Assembly (NCBI GenBank): GCA_000165425.1
Contig: CT868208.1
Coordinates: 248,001 to 312,000, forward strand
Direction: 5' to 3'
Source of the DNA: Paramecium tetraurelia
Lineage: Eukaryota
DNA: 64,000 bases
Under the pieces are notes generated by a model, which saw only the letters and a program-made list of their open reading frames with translations, had not been told where the DNA came from and ran no database searches. The position numbers and the translations under genes are program-made. Positions 1 to 14,806 of this stretch are shown one piece after another. How positions within the stretch are numbered: the stretch's first letter is position 1; each line of letters starts with the position of its first letter.

Positions 1-1759
1 TATTTCAATTCTATTTTGAAATACTTCTACTTATTTTCAAAATCAACTATTCTTGGATTTTTAGTTACTATTATTCCCAAACTATCATTTTTTATTCTTC
101 CCTTCTCTTTTTACTCTTAAAGTCTTTCTTTTATCATCATATTTAGCAAAGGTTTCCCACTTTCACAAATCTATTAAAATAATTAGTCATGCAATTTTTG
201 CTCTTGTATCTCTAATTCTTAGTATTATCCTTCCATTAATGCAATTTTCTAGGACTCCTTGTGATTCGAATTTTGTTATTTAATAGGGTTCACAATTTGG
301 TAAATAATAAAAAAGCACTCTAAATATGGAGATATTTTCGGTGTAATTTTTATCACTTAAGATTGCGGGAGCTATTACAAAAATTTTATCAAATTTCTCC
401 ATAACTCTATTAACTCTTTACTTTCCAATAATTCTTTAAAATTGATTGATAAACTGTTCTTTTCTCCTACTTTGGCATTAATGTCCCTTACAAACTGAAA
501 GATATTAATCAGCGCCTTATCTCCATTAAATATTTCATCAGATTTTTAAAACTTCTAATTTATCTCCTTAATAGCTTTCTCTATGTATTCCTATATGTAC
601 TAAACAATTAGTAATTGGTTTTCTTTGTTGTTGCAGAGACTTTGAATAATGTTTGAGAAATTCCTCACACTTTTACTCGCATTCGATAGCAAAGTCTTAC
701 AAATACATTCAACTGATCTTTAGTCCAGCTTTACTTTAAATTAATTAATCTCTTTTTATTTCGTACTGATGTTGGTTATAGCCAATATGAGCAATTCCTA
801 GTGTTCCCCTTGAAATTCTGGTAAAAGATATATTAATTCTAACAAGGGAATGGTTAAGCTATTTTCAGGGCTTTAATTTTATTTTTTGCTTTAGAAAAAG
901 TAGTTGATTGAAGAAGTTTGCAAATTTGAAAACAAATACAACACTTTTAATGACACAACATTATATATTTTGCTAAAGTCTCTTACAAGTCCATTTCGTT
1001 TAACCAAAAATTATGGAGGAAAAGACTTAATTTAAGATTCTTTATATTTATTTGTTTTTAATATCAAAAATAAGGTGTCTATTAATTTGTACTCAATATT
1101 TTAAATATTACATAAGGAAATAAAAAGATTAATAGGGAAATTGATGAAACTATGAGATTCTACATAAAGTAAACTTAGTAGTGATTCGGGAAATTCATGT
1201 TTTACAGTTCCTAATTTTTAAATTATGTGTCTTTAAGTAGAGAGTAGGTCTTTTAAAGCTTAAGATTTCAAATGAGGTTTTTTCTATTAGATCTATTACA
1301 AGAAATCCATTTCCCTAGATTCCAAGTTGAAAATATTTTAACCATTATGATGCATTGGTGAAAAGTTAAATCTAACTGGATGGTTGGAAGCATCGTCTGG
1401 AATACTTTAACTAGCTGGAATGATATTCCCTCCTCCAGTAAATTGTTGAAAATGACTCCTAACATTAAGGAATGGACGTTATGGTTCATTTAATTCTTCT
1501 GGGGTTGGTTATTAGTTAATAGGGATTGAGAGCTGGATTATTTCATTTCTAATTTACTATGAAAGAGAGGCTAAAAATTAATGATCAATTCCATCAATTT
1601 CTTGGGGAAATTTTAAAATAACTTCCATCATCATATCTTCATTGAGAACTTCGAAAACTGCTGGATCAATATCATTTTTAAGGAGATCCTCAATTGTTTT
1701 ACCTTATGTTTTCAAAAGATTATAACTCTTTGGATAAAGTTATTAATAATTTTAATTGT

Positions 1760-1800
<41 letters not shown>

Positions 1801-4800
1801 TATACAGGCTATTGTTGTTCTATTATTTCGAGTTAATTGATAACTTATTGTTCATTATTAGTTTAGTCTTGCTATCCTACATTTTAGAAATCCGAAATGG
1901 TCCAAATTGGGCAAAAAGCAGCAATATCTTGATTAGCTTAATCTAAATTGTAGGATTGAAACAAATTGAATCTCGGAGCTGAGAATTGTTCCTATTACTA
2001 TACCTACTCATTTAATGCATCTTAAGTTGTTTAATATTAAGATTAATTTTATTATACTGGCTGTTATTATTAATACAATACTTACCATTAATTCTAATTT
2101 AAAGATCTCATCTAAATATTTGTAATTTATTCCTGAAATTGTCTTTGTTAGTCTAATCTAACACCATAATGAGATTGTCTATCTGAATAGTCTCTTACTA
2201 ATGAATGATAACTATTCCTAACTATCCTACTTTATGGTACTTGTTACACTTGAGATAAAGATCCGTCGTCATCCATTCTTTGAAAATCCATTCTTACTCT
2301 ATCCCGAAATATATTAGATGGTTATATTCTTAGATCTTATTAAGGAAGGTCTCTGTCTTCTTGAATTACTCTCTATTAAGTAACTTAAGTTAATTCAGTC
2401 CACCAATTTACGAGTTAATAATTCTCAACTTATTTATTCTCAGGTAATAAAAGGCTGAACTTACTTGAGATTTTCGTAAACTGAGGTGAAAATTTAACTC
2501 CAGTAAATTAAATTATTGATTTAGTCATTTTCATGAAGGCCAACTCTTCTTTATTAGTGAGAGGATGGTAATGATTCATAATTTCTTTATTTGGCTAAAA
2601 GAATAAAGTATTTTAATTATTCTATCCAAAATCCTTTTGATAATTCAATTCTTAATTATTTTATTCTATAACTTCCTGATCAATCTACTATTAGTTCTAT
2701 ATTTGTAAGTGACTATATGAAGCAGATTCATCGATAGAATCACTGCTTTCTTCTACATCTTGATCAATTTCTCCAGGTTGATCATCATCATCAGTCTAAC
2801 TTAAATTAATATTTTAAGGATCCTCAGCCTCTACTTGATTATTTCCAATTGCAACCCAACTATTTACTTCTTGATCAAATTCTTCCTCTATTGATTCTTA
2901 TATATTGCTTGAATCATATCTGCTCTCAACACTTTAAATTTCGTGATCATCATCTTCATCATCGTTATCTTCATTGTCAAGTTCAAATTCTCCTTCTTCA
3001 TCTTAACTATTATCAAAAATTTCCGTATCCAAGTATCTATTTCTTCTACGGAATGGAGACCATAAATGTTGTAGATCCATTTGATCTTACCTTAAATTTT
3101 AATTTATTTCTTAATGGAAAGAAAGAGGAGGTAGAGGCCATTTAATAAAATATTTTGCTGGATCTTTATAACTTATGCCTTGATTTGGAATAAGTTGATT
3201 ATTGATATTCTCTGGTATTAGTTAGCCAATCATACCTTGTAGTTGAAAATCATCTATATGTTGTACTTAATGCTATCTGTATTTCACAATTTGAGTTTGT
3301 TTATATAGAAGCAAATAAGTTGCCACATTGAATAGCACAGCAAGTGTCTAATTTAAAATTTGTAATTGATTTTCATGGATATAATATTATTTCAAATCAA
3401 AATTTTTAATACAATCTATTAAGAGTTTGATAAAATTAAATGAATTTTGTGGATCATTTACATTTTTAAAACAAATCTTAGCAACCGATCTGATTTGTAT
3501 TAAAAATACTAATGCGTCTAATAAATGACAAAAATTTTAATCTAAACTTTTAATTCTTTAATCTATTCCATCATAGATTTAATTAATGATTTTTCTTCGG
3601 ATTTCAATTGAAAATGGAGCAATAGAATTATTCGACGTTTGATTTAAAATAATATTATCTAAACATAATTCAAATAGTAAGTTCTTTATTGGTTTCATAA
3701 TTTTAGTTATCAATGATAAAAATGAAATTTTACGAGGGAATTCTGCACCCTTAATATCAAATCCTAATTATTTCTGATATGGTTTAAGGAATTTGCTACA
3801 GTTAATTCTAACTAATTTAGGAATTAGAATAGGATAAAGCCTTATTAATGCTTATAGCGCTTAGCATATCGTACTCCATTAAAATTAGTATGACTCGGTT
3901 TTATCAAAATAAGATACGATTATCTATTCAATTAATAACTTTAATAAAATTGAAGTTTCTTATGTATGCTAAAAATTTGACTATAATTACTACTTATCTT
4001 CGCTCTTTTTATTTTTATACTAGGTCTTATTACTTCTTCTGGAATTCACTGAATCCTTATGTTTATAAAAACTTGAAGGTTCTATACAATCAAAAGTATA
4101 AAGAAGAATACCTTTTTTTAAGATATAGTAATTATTTTAAATGTCAAATAAAGAATTCATAACAAATTGAATCTATTTTTTGTAAAAAACTTAGTTTTAA
4201 ATGGCCCTCAACGCTTAATTATTCTTAGGCAATTTTATTTAATTTTAGATCTGTATGTTATAATGAATTGGTTGAAAGCAGGAGGGATTATGATTTTGAT
4301 GAGATATCTACATTAAATGCTAAGATTATTGCTAAGAGATTTACTTGTGGGCCCTCTCAATTTCTTCATTAGATTCTTAATCATATAAAATCTTTTTGAT
4401 TTTTCCCTCTATTTAAGCTATTACAATATTGAAATCGTGGACAACAGATAACATGAGCCTTGTTAAGCTATAAAGGTTATTTTTTGAATCTCCTTTTACT
4501 TTTAGAAGATAGTCTAATCCTCTCATTTGAGAGATAAACTTACAGACATTCTCTTTATTTATTTAGAAGGTTCTAATTAAAATTTCGATGCAGATTTTAG
4601 AAGTTGTATGATTCTACACTTTGCCTTTCAAAATATTCAGTACTCCCAATAAGATATCATTTAAGATATCATGTTGATGTTTTTATTATCTGTAATCATC
4701 GGTTATGAATATAGTTAAGATTGCTAATGCATGATTGACTGCTCTTATTGTTTATTCATCTTCATATTTTAATAATTCTTAAATTAATTTCATCATTTCA

Positions 4801-7800
4801 ATCACTATATAATCATATTCCTAAACTAAGTTTTGCTATTTATAAATGTAATGCAAAATAGTTATTATTAATTTGATATTATTATTATTAAAGGGTTTTT
4901 TAAGTTTTAATTCGCAATCCTTAAATTTTAACTGCAATTTAAACTATTCTTAAACAGCTTGTTTTAAACACATTAATAATGAGGGCATCATTTATCCATC
5001 AAATACTTTAAACAAGGTTTCCTCAAAACTACTAAAATAAAGTATGTTTGTTTGAATGTAACTTTTGAGTTCCCTTTGTTTATTTTGAATTACATCAACA
5101 ATGGAACCTTTGGAATGCTCATTCTTTTAACTTTCTTTGATCTCTAATCTATTCTATTCAACTTTATCTGAATTATCTGATAACCAAGTAGCAGCCATCC
5201 CTACATCAGGAACCCTAATATTTTAGAAAGCCATCGTTATTGCATCATCCTAAAACCCCATGCATCTTAATTATTCTCTAGCCTAAGTTGAATCATTCCT
5301 TTAAATAAAGTTAAATTCTCCAAAATCATCTCTCAAACTAGAAAAAGAAAAAAAATTTTAGCGATCCCTTTCTTTCTTAATCAAATCCTACAAAAATGTA
5401 GGACTTAAGATCATCATTACTTTTTCAATTAGCACTGTCTATAGGTTATAAATATCATCTGAAGTTGAAATTTGAGTAATTTCTAACATAATTTATATGT
5501 CTGAAATTTGTTAAGGTAACAATGACTATGCAAACTCCTGATTCAATTTATCAAATTTATTGATGTATAAGGCCTTTATGACATTAGAGAAATGCTTAGC
5601 CATAATTTTAAGTTGTTCATTAGCACATTGATTAGATACAGTCAGTTTAGCATATGAATGAAGTGCCTTTTGAAAATGCTTAGTAAACTCTGAATTCAAT
5701 AACTAATTTATAAACTCTAAATTTAAATATCTATTTTCAGGCAAGACCTTGCTCTCCAAAAGATTTGTTAGGAATTCCTCAATTGTAGATATATACATTA
5801 TCACTCCCCATAGATTTTCATTCTCTAAATTTTAACTCATAAAAATAAACAAACTGATTATTTGATTAAATTCGTTCTTTTTTCTTACTACATAATTACA
5901 AGAATTAACTATGATATGCTTCAAATTTTAAATGTAAGGGTAAAAAACTGACTTTTTAAATGTTTAATCATTGAAATTATCAAACTTAATTGATCTTAGA
6001 ATTATTCTAAATAGGCAACAGCATTTATTGTGTAAAGTTATAAGATCTTATTAATCCCAATCAATCTAAGGTGAATTTATTAAATAAAGTTTTAAAATTT
6101 CTAGCAAGTATTCTACATAAGAATAGCAAGATGCCATCTAAAGATTTTGTTATATTTATTTCTCATTACACTTTAGAAATTGTAATGAAAATTTGTAATA
6201 TTTTTCTGTAACAGCATGTTAAGTGTTTTCCAATATATCTCCTATTTATGTTTCCCATTAAGTTATTGCAAGCAAGGTTTTCTTTAATATTTTATTGGGG
6301 TTATCGTATTCATCAAATTGCGTTAGCCATCGAAATACTTTCAATAAATCATTTTAGAATTCAAATGAAGGAAATTGAAAGAACATCAATAATGACTCAA
6401 AAAATCCTCTTGAATTCAAGCTAGCTAAATATGTATAGTGAGGGTAATGGAACATCTTAAAAATGAAAATTGACAAATCTTAAATTTGATTAATAATATC
6501 AAAATATTAATCATTAGCCTACCAATCAGATAAGTTTTATCTATTTTCTATTAAACGCAAATATAATTCCTCTATTACTTAATTAACTATTGAGCATACT
6601 TAAGGCATGACTTTATCAATTTTTTGTGTGTATTTAGTTATACACAAGGCTAAGCTACTTAATTACTCCCTTGATGAATGAATTTAATCAACTAATACAT
6701 TATGCATAATAAATTTCATGAAGGTCATTCCAAATTTATTAAATTGCTCAAATCCTTCTTCATTTAAAGAGATGTTAAAGTAAAATGAAAAAATGGCAGT
6801 CATCATTTTATTATCGATAATTGCAGCCTCCATTTATTATATGATTGAATTCAAAGTTTACGGTAAATGAGAATCAATTAATCTTCCAATTAAAGTAGGA
6901 ACTTCATTAGCTAGATGAGAGACAAGAATTAAAGTCTATTAGATTGTTTCATAAAACTGAGGACTAGATTCTAATAAATGTTATAGTTTCTTAATGATTT
7001 TTGATTCAGAGATTTATCTAGCAAAGGTTGGAGCATTAGCTCTATTATATCTTCTCCCTTAATCATCTCTAAAATGATCATTAATTGATTCGATACAAGT
7101 TGCGATAATTTAATCCTATTCTTCAGCTGAAATTTTGCAGTAGCCCATAAGAGTGGGCTATAAGATTTCAATATCAATATTAATCTAATTTTCTGCAATT
7201 TTAATAAGATCATTAAATATTCTTAGATCTCTTTGGATATTATCCTTCCTTGATAAAACGCTTAAAAATATAAGAGCATTCTAAAAAGACTTCGAAGGTA
7301 ATTATAACTTATTATCATGCATCTAAAGTGCCCTAATTAAGGCTGAGGAAGAACCAAGTGCAATATTGCTCCTGCTTAAGATTTTTATCCAAGGTTCAGT
7401 CGAGAAAATTTCAAAGATACTTTATGCTAATTTTTCATTTTTAGCACACGATTCGTTTAAGATAGTTGGGTGATATTATAATGGATAGGTTTACTCTATT
7501 TCAATTGAATTTGGATTCATGGATAAAACATCATAAATTAATTATAGAAATGCTTCGTCATATTTTTTGGCAATAGTATAAGCCACTTGATTTTCACTCT
7601 ATTTTTCGAGAGCGATGATTTCAGTCAGAGTTTGAAGTATTATAGACAATACCAAAGGATCGACTGTTTTCAATTAAAACAATTTCATATACATTTTAAA
7701 ATGATATTCGTAATCTAATTATTCTTCGAAGACTTGATCTAATATTTGTCCACAATTATTGATTAAGCAAAACTAATAAAGAAGCATATACATGAGGAGG

Positions 7801-8750
7801 GACTGTATGTGCAATGAAATCACAATAGATATTGTAGGAATTTGATTTTTTTTAAATTCTCTATCGATGAGGATTTTATATTTCATGGCATCAACCAGAG
7901 GACAGAGGTTTTAATTTGATGCATTCAGATACGTTTTGGACAATGATAGGCTCGTGTTGGAATTTACATCTGTAATTTCAATATTCTAATTATATTGTTG
8001 ACACTACTCTAATTAAGATGGGTTGATTTAATTCTATCTTGTGTATACCGTTCTTGCACAAATCTTGATATGCTTCATTCAATAAATTTGGTTCCATGTA
8101 TTCTATAACCAATTTAGGAAATTCTTCTATTGGAGCTTCACAAAGGCTTTGATAATTTGGATCTTGACAATAATAATCTATTAACTCTATCTTGGTCGAA
8201 GATAAATTATTGTAATGATCTAGCATAATTCTTGTAAAATATATGGTTCTTGGAAGGTACTCTTTCAATTGTTGATTGCTGAGATCCTTTTGTTACGGAT
8301 TGTTTGTATTCTAGGGTTATTTGTAGAGTTTTAATAAAATTAGCATTATTTACTCATAGACTAGTAAATTGTCTGAGCATTCTAGCATATCAAATAATTG
8401 ATCTAATGAATTAAATAATTTTCTATTTTAATTTAATGTCATACCGATAGCACTCTAATTCCAGCATCTGATTTATAAGAGACAGCAGAGACTGACAGTA
8501 AAAACTAGGATTTAATTTTATTTGATCAACTGCTAATTAAATCTGATAATCAAGCTTATTTAATATTAAAGATAATGATCCCTATGATAATTTATGGATT
8601 GGATGAGTATGATCAAGAGCAATTAACATAAAATCGTCTATAAAACAGGAGGAGTATTCTTGAATTATTTTCAACATCTAGACTTATAAGATTAAATACT
8701 CGCAGTTCAATTTCCTTTGGTTGTTCAAGTAAATAAATGGGAATTTTCAT
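1..8750 (-). CDS. HUWE1/Tom1/UPL1-like giant E3 ubiquitin ligase, 5' portion (HECT domain expected beyond the left window edge)
   Basis: ATG at 8750 (MKIPIYLLEQPKEIELR) followed by a 22-nt intron at 8678-8699. An N-terminal ARM-like segment (LDQLFDMLECSDNLLVYEQIMLILLKLYK) resembles the HUWE1 N-terminus. UBA domain at ~5175-5290 (QLRCMGFQDDAITMAFQNIRVPDVGMAATWL), acidic tract at ~2740-3010, poly-Gln, and two UBM-like motifs at ~1535-1680 (IDPAVFEVLNEDMMMEVI; IDHQFLASLSQQIRNEII). The domain order matches the HUWE1 family. I did not check the frame across the full length. Confidence 0.8.
1763..1796 (-). repeat. (TAA)n trinucleotide run encoding poly-Gln inside the HUWE1-like gene
   Basis: The plus strand reads (TTA)n, which is in-frame TAA=Gln codons on the minus strand. 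Confidence 0.85.
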
Positions 8751-9028
8751 ATTTAAATTAATATAAAAATAATTAATTTATATCTTGACTTCAATATTCT
8801 CTAATAATGAATTGAACTTTGTTCTCTCCTCAACAATAAGCAAGTCAATTGATAAAATACCATTTAGTTTCAATTATAATTTATTAGACTTCAACCAAAT
8901 ACTTTAAGTAACAAAAGTTTAGCCACTTCTCTCGTTGAATATTAAAATTGGATTGGTGAATAATTTAATTCTTTATATAAATAATAACCTCATAAATATA
9001 TATAAATCACATTCTAAAATTTAATCAA

Positions 9029-10527
9029 ATGGGAATTTGCACTTCTCAAAATGTCTCAGAGAAATTAGACGATAAAGAAGAAGATTATTTAAAACTTGAT
9101 TTTAATCGATTTTCTACTTACCAAAAGTTGGAAAATATTGCAAACAATATCGCATCATGTAACAAATCTCACACATATTTAGAATAACAAATTGATAAAA
9201 TATTTTCATCATTAATTTAAAGAATGATTGCTTCTCGATAAACTCATATATTAAAGATATTAGACAATATTGAAAATTAAAAAAAGTAGCAGTTTATGAC
9301 AAAATTAGAACGTATAGATTTTGAATTCATAGATTCTGTATAGAAATTAAATTACAATTTTTAGCTATTTCATCATTGTTATAAAGAAAATTAGACAGAT
9401 GCCTTTTACTCCAACGTTATTTAAAGCACCAATTGCTTAGACTAGAATTTTGATTTAATAAAAGTAAGGAATTAGGAATTAATTTTAGGAACAAAAAGTT
9501 GGAATAGTGTTATTATGTGGAGGTCGCAGTTCTCGATTACCTGATAAACTATTAAGTGATATAGGACTTCCATCTAAGAAATGTGCATTGTAAATAATGA
9601 TGGAAAGACTGAAAAAAATACTTATGTTATGTAATACTTATTATTTAAATGTTTAAGCTTCTAAAAATAAAGATATTGCTCATTATCCAATTGCAATTGT
9701 TCTTTCAGATAGAAATTCGGAGAAGATTTAAATGTATCTTAAATACTAAGGAGATTTTGAATTTTAATCAATCTATTATATAATTGAGAAATAATTACCT
9801 GTGATTGATTAAAAAGGATAGGTAGTATTTGAATAGGAAAATCAAGCTATTATGACACCTGAAGGGACTGGTTCAATTTTTTTATAACTCAATTCATTCA
9901 TAAAGTAAAAGGGTTTTAGATAATTTCAGTAAATTTCCAAACATGGAGTATCTTCATTTCTTGGGTTTGGATAATCTAGTTGGATTGCCATTAGATCCAT
10001 AAATGCTGAATCTCATTTGTAAATAGAAGGCTGATGCATTATGCAAAGTTATTGAAACTAATTCAATATTAGACGACAGGATATTCTATTCAAATAAACA
10101 ATTTAAGACTATGGAAGAATGGGACTCCACCATAACAGAAAATTCATACAACATGACTTAAATGTTACTGAATGATTTATATCTATCAGTTTCATTTCTC
10201 AATAAAATGAAATCGAATCATGAGAAAGCATTAAAGCTAAATTAGAGATACCACTGTATAAAGAGAGGATCTAATATTCAATTTGAAAAACACATTCAAG
10301 ATATAATCGAAGTAACTGATATAACAATTTTACATCAAACAGAAGATTATGCCTTGCTAATTGATGATCCAAGAAGAGCAGTGATCTAGTTGTCCAATGT
10401 ACATAAGAGATACCTCAAATTAGATGGAACTTAAGAAGAAGATTTAGTTGAAATCACTCCTTAAATGAGCTATTGCGGAGAGGATTTAAAAAAAATTGAA
10501 AATGCCACATACCCCTTGATTATATGA
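9029..10527 (+). CDS. UDP-N-acetylglucosamine pyrophosphorylase-like protein with degenerate active site and N-terminal acylation motif
   Basis: Starts MGICTSQ. Motifs KVGIVLLCGGRSSRL, DIGLPSKK, QLPVIDQKGQVVFE..MTPEGTGSIF, EYLHFLGLDN, QFEKHIQD and LVEITPQMSYCGEDL occur in the same order as in UAP1/AGX1. At least one short intron near 9905-9930. TGA at 10525-10527. Confidence 0.8.
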
Positions 10528-11244
10528 AGAAGACAGAGAGCTGTTTGGTTGATATTGACTTTTTTATTAAGATATAAATATTATTGTTTATTATTAGTTG
10601 TTATATATTTTTAATTATATATACTATTAATACTAAAAATACATTTCCCAGAAAATCTAGAAAAACAACAAAAAAATAGTTTTTTTTTATTTGATAAAAT
10701 TAGAACTTGACCTAATAATTCAAGGGGAGGTGAGTCTCCAACATATTTATAATAATAATTATTAGAATTTGTTTATATAAATGAAGCTAATTAATTAAAA
10801 TAATGTTATAATTTTATATCCTATAGAATTAGGTAATAGGAAAGAAATATTTGTTATTTAGCAGAAGAAATTAAGGAGTTATAATGATTATAGAGAGAAT
10901 AATTAAAGCATTCCAGAAAAAGGGAGGAGCCACTTTTTGATCATGGTTAAAAAAGAAAGGGAACTTAATTAATAAGAGAAATAAAGGTTTCATTTCTATT
11001 CCTTGAGACTGAGACTAACTCAGTTGATGCAAAATAATCTTTGGATGAATTTATTTTAGAATCGGATAAAGCTATAGTTTACTTTAAAATTTTGAGTCCC
11101 AATAAATTGTAGATTTTTTAGAATTCTCAACGATGCTTCATAATTTTTTCTATAATAATCGAAAAATTGAATATTTTAAATTTCTTTTATTATCATAATC
11201 AATGTTTCTCTGAATTATAAAATAAATTTAATTCTTTTATTTTG

Positions 11245-12259
11245 ATGAACTATTCTAACTATTCTGAGAAACACAAACGAAGTATATCTCCTATTTTGGA
11301 GAAAACTAGTGAAGGCAGTAAGATGATTCATCATAATAGAGGAAACTATATCAGACATCTTGAATCGTAGTTGGAAAGAGTACAAGTATTTATGTTTGGT
11401 AGGCAGCAACAATAGATTATGAGGGGTGTGAATAAAGGATGAGAGGAATAGAATAATTGATTGAGGTCATGATGAGAGTTGAAGATTTGATAAAGTTATG
11501 AGGTGTTGTAAACTTTGCANNNNNNNNNNNNNNNNNNNNNNNNNNNNNNNNNNNNNNNNNNNNNNNNNNNNNNNNNNNNNNNNNNNNNNNNNNNNNNNNN
11601 NNNTCGACATATAAATACAAAAATGGAAGAATTATATCATAATGAATTAAGAAACATTAATCATCAATGACACGAAACGTAGTATCGATTAGAATTATTG
11701 GAAACAATTTAATAAAAAGAATAATAACCAATATAAGTGGAATTTGAGAAAACTATCAATCGTAAAATCGAAATCATGATGGATGAGATTCAAATAGAGT
11801 GCTTTAAAGGTAGATTTTCATAAATTGGAAGAACGAATAGCTAAATTTGAATTGAAACCAGATACTTAAATAAAAATTCAAGATAACTAGAGTTAGCATA
11901 ATGATAAGAGAGTTGAATAGTAATTAAGTGAAATGAGACGGCTTATGGAGGTGTTATTAAAAGATCAAGATATTTTAAAGAATAATGTTCAAAATTTGCA
12001 TATTGGATTTAATTAGTATAAAGTTCCTGCTTTAACCCAAATTTAAAATCAAGTAAGAAAATCTGTGGTTTAACAACCAGAGGGAGAATCTATAATTTAG
12101 CCCAAAATATTAGCCAAAGATGATAGTAAAACAAGTAAGAATAATAAGAAGTAAAATTCGCAAAGTCGTTCATAATCAAATAAGAAGCTTGGAGATAAAA
12201 TTAATTTTAAATTGAATCGAACTAAAACTAGTAAGCAGATTTTACATTAAAAGAAATGA
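11245..12259 (+). CDS. coiled-coil hypothetical protein interrupted by an assembly gap
   Basis: Starts MNYSNYSEKHKRSISPILE..YIRHLESQLER and resumes after the Ns. An in-frame TGA (~11668) and a frameshift (~11808) near the gap suggest low-quality sequence. Ends with TGA at 12257-12259. Confidence 0.5.
11520..11603. other. assembly gap (N run)
   Basis: Run of N characters. Confidence 1.
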
Positions 12260-12749
12260 TCGAATGTTGTTTTATTAATTCAATAAAAATGATCATATTT
12301 TACTTGTGCAAAGTTGAAACTTTGTTAATTTAAAAGTCATAGTTTAAATTAATATTAGTATTATGGCAAAACAGATATTAATCTCTTCACCAGTTATCTT
12401 TTGGTTTGAGACAAATTTATGATATTGCATTTGGTTTATAAAATTATACCTTTGGAAACTTCCATCTAAATACAAAAATAATTAATGTGGCAGTTTTACT
12501 TAATTTAATACAAATTCTTAATTATTCTTCTTATAATTAAAAATAATTAATAAACAAAATCTAAGACACATCAATTTATTGGAACAGATTGCGTTTTAAA
12601 TATCAAATATAAATAATTATATTTATCAAATTAATAGAGACTTTATATATTATTAAATCTTATTTGCTCTTATATTAATTTTCAGAATATAAGTGCATGT
12701 AAATCAACATTTTTTTCAATTATTTTTTAAATTGATTTAATCAAATTGT

Positions 12750-13566
12750 ATGGCATCAATTGAATAGCTATCTAAGGTGGAGGATCATGAACAGATACCC
12801 TAAGTTGATTCTTCAACTCCATCACATGAATCAGATTCTTCAGACTCTTCCTATGATTTCGCTTAAGACTTAAACCAAAAGCCCTCATTTAAGAGATCAC
12901 CAGAAGAGGAAAAAGAGCTTCTGTATAAATATAGAGGTATATTTTAAAAAATGAAACAATAGGTAAACATGGGCTAAAGTATGCCAAAATATCAAATGAA
13001 TAACGACAGAAGTTAATAAAATAAGTCACAACTACCGGCTGTACCATAAAAAGTGCAGCTAAAGAATTAAATATCAATTTTTCAACTGCTAAGGCAATTA
13101 TGCAGATCTATAGAAAAGAGGGTCGGACATCAAAGAAAATCAAGAGGGATAACAAGAAAACACTGTCCACTAAGTAAGAAATTCTCAACCAAAGTATTTA
13201 CAAATTTTTAAATTTTTAGCCACTTCTGATAAACCAAATTATGATGAATAAAGACAGACAAAAGTTGATGTAGTCCAAGATAATTTGGAAACAAATCTTT
13301 ATCAACAAGCAGAAGAGACTAATAGGAATTAGGCTCTATTAATTTAATAATTGAATACGTAGGTAAATAAACTCAAATTAATGAATTTTAGAATATGTTA
13401 TTATCTGGCAGAGTACAGTAATTGCAATAGGAAAAATAATAATTAAATCAAAACTTCTCCTACCTAACTTATTAATATAACCAATTATAATAAATGGTAT
13501 CAAAACTAAAAATATCATTCATAGATGTCTCAAATGGTGCCTTCGTATTATCGACCTTATCCTTGA
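12750..13566 (+). CDS. homeodomain-like helix-turn-helix DNA-binding protein
   Basis: Contains YAKISNEQRQKLIKQVTTTGCTIKSAAKELNINFSTAKAIMQIYRKEGR. Two short introns (~12937-12962, ~13194-13219). Acidic/Ser-rich N-terminus and Q/N-rich C-terminus. Confidence 0.75.
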
Positions 13567-14806
13567 TTATGATCTTGTATTATTGTATTAAAATATGTAT
13601 TAAATCAAATAAAACAAATCCATTTAAGAGTCATTAATTATTTACAACATCTGAAATTAAGAATGCCATTTTATTTATGTAAATCTAAAATCAAATATTT
13701 TATTCGAAGAAATCAATAATAAATATTATTTTCTAATGAAACTGAAATCAATTGAAATTATTATCTTTAGACTATTCTATTCAAATTTAGAAGAATGTTT
13801 TAATTATAAATATTCCTTAGCCACCCACATATTCTTGTCTTATTTCAAATATTTTATAAAATTGATTATTTTCATCAAAATTAGAAAGGTATATTGTTAT
13901 ATAACTAATATTGAAAAGCAAATCTATATGCTATTACTTCAAATCTATCTAGATGATGTAATTGCCAATCGATTAAATAATCAAACAAAGATCAACTGTA
14001 TATCCATTTATTAAAGTAATTAATATTTAAGGAATTTGAGCTCTTTATTAACTACATATGCTATTATATCATAAAAACATCTTTGATGTTATAGTATAAT
14101 AATCATTTCATTGTTACCTCCGATATTCTAGTTATTTTATAAAAAATTTCCATCTGATTTGCATTAAGGTGTTTTATTCCTTATATAATTGAAATTTTGC
14201 ATATTATATAACTAAGGCCCACCAGGGGAAATAAAGTTTATGACACTTTTAAAAGAATTTGATGTGAGATTGTTTGAGTCATAATTGTTGATTTTTATTT
14301 AGATCTCAATGTTTATTCTAAGAGCTTTTGAGAATACAGAATCCCTGTATTTTGCAAATTATTTTCTTGATACTTAAACCAATAAATATAAATCACTTAA
14401 GCATAGAGTCAACCAGATCTTAATTATAATTGCAAATTCTTAATTCTTTTATTAAATTAGATTATTTACTGGATATACTCACAACTAGTAGTCTAATCAC
14501 CATTCTTCATAGAAAAGTGGATGTCTGATTATTATCTATCAAATCATTAATGAACCTAGATATTCTTAATATCAAATCCTAATTTGTTAAATTAGGAATA
14601 ATATAAGTCTATACATAGCCTTCTTTCCTAAATTAATAGTTTATATCAGCAAAAATAAACTTCGTGTATTAAGGGAGGCCTATATTGACTTATCAGAAGC
14701 TTTATCAGCTGTTGAATTTAATTAAATAGATATATATTGTATTTGGTGATAAATATGACAGTTAATTATATATATAATCAATTTAGAATTTATTATAATT
14801 AACAAA

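Noticed and set aside
1761..1946. Poly-Leu ORF on the plus strand
   Set aside because: It is the antisense shadow of the (TAA)n poly-Gln tract in the HUWE1-like gene.
10781..11200. Short plus-strand coding-like fragment
   Set aside because: It needs several frame changes and has no recognisable motif, so I cannot support a gene call.
11604..11820. In-frame TGA and frameshift as possible recoding or selenocysteine
   Set aside because: They lie next to an assembly gap in a coiled-coil protein, so sequence error is far more likely.
12750..13566. Tc1/mariner transposon
   Set aside because: There is only an HTH, with no DDE domain, terminal inverted repeats or target duplication.
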